Assembly: GCF_036971445.1 (NCBI RefSeq)
Contig: NC_091471.1
Span: forward strand, 349,494,001 to 349,558,000
DNA length: 64,000 nt
Direction: 5' to 3'
DNA from: Narcine bancroftii
Taxonomy: Eukaryota
Under the pieces are notes generated by a model. That model searched no databases and was not told the DNA's origin. It saw nothing but the letters and a program-made list of their open reading frames with translations. How positions within the stretch are numbered: position 1 is the first letter of the stretch; every line of letters starts with the position of its first letter. The translations under genes and the position numbers were made by a program. This document shows, one piece after another, positions 63,346 through 64,000 of this stretch.

Positions 63346-64000
63346 TTTCTTTCTTTCTTTTTCAATCTTTTTATTATTATTATAATTTATAAACACATAC
63401 AGTTCAAAGAGATATAAAAAATACATAGTAAGTAATGAATTAATACAGAGATATTAAACAATAATATTACAGAATAAAAATATATCATTAAAAAAAATTT
63501 TTTGATCAGTTTAGGGTGTGAACTATCTCTAAAAAAAAAGATATAATTAATAACAATATATGAAAAAAGAGAAAAAAAAACCCAAAAAAGAAGAAAAAAC
63601 AAATCTGAATTTAAAAAAACTTTAAAAAAAACCTACAGATATAGCTAAACCACGCCGATCACTCCGATCTCATCTTACAGCCCAATTATCATACATAATC
63701 ATAGAAAGAAAACAGAGCCAGATCAACTCACCACAAATGAAAATATTGAATAAATGGTCGCCAGGTTAACTCAAACTTAGAAGGGGATTCATAGACAGAG
63801 TTTCTAATTTTCTCTAAATTTAAACATAGTATAGTTTGGGTAAACCATTGGAAAACAGTGGGAGGATTAACCTCTTTCCAGTTCAATAGTATAGATCTTC
63901 TAGCCATTAGTGTAAGAAAAGCAATCATACGATCTGCAGGAAGAGATAAATAAGTCAAATCTATCATAGGTAATCCAAAAATTGCAGTAATGGGATGTGG
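63346..64000 (-). mobile_element. 3' end of a different L1-family element, inserted in opposite orientation just before ORF2 of the second L1
   Basis: ORF 63728-63967 ARRSILLNWK..PPTVFQWF...LNLEKIR...WRPF; T-rich tail at ~63346-63385. Confidence 0.8.

Overview
Vertebrate genomic DNA, not prokaryotic. The Gv gene and the CR1/Rex1/L1/Penelope repeat content suggest a cartilaginous fish, probably a ray; this is inference. Four host genes are visible: the last exon of a G-alpha-v gene (gnav1, +, ends 8292); the two-exon neuropeptide B precursor (npb, -, 15285-12683); all eight coding exons of sulfamidase (sgsh, -, 34616-23024); and the first eight coding exons of SLC26A11 (+, about 38905/39009-60536, continuing beyond the window). 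sgsh and slc26a11 are head-to-head around a compact CCAAT/ETS/E-box (CLEAR-like) promoter. Introns and intergenic DNA are filled with CR1, Rex1/Babar, L1/Tx1-like, RTE, Penelope and Gypsy relics, a solo LTR, dimeric hAT-type MITEs and many minisatellites. npb and sgsh carry several 1-bp indels that look like long-read consensus errors. I did not find a convincingly new biological system. The most unusual items are a 5'-inverted (twin-priming-like) RTE nested in a full-length L1, compensating frameshifts in npb and sgsh, a minisatellite built from an exon end plus splice donor, an AP-1-site-toggling 33-bp array, and the gnav1-npb-sgsh-slc26a11 linkage. Transposon boundaries are approximate unless a TSD is given.
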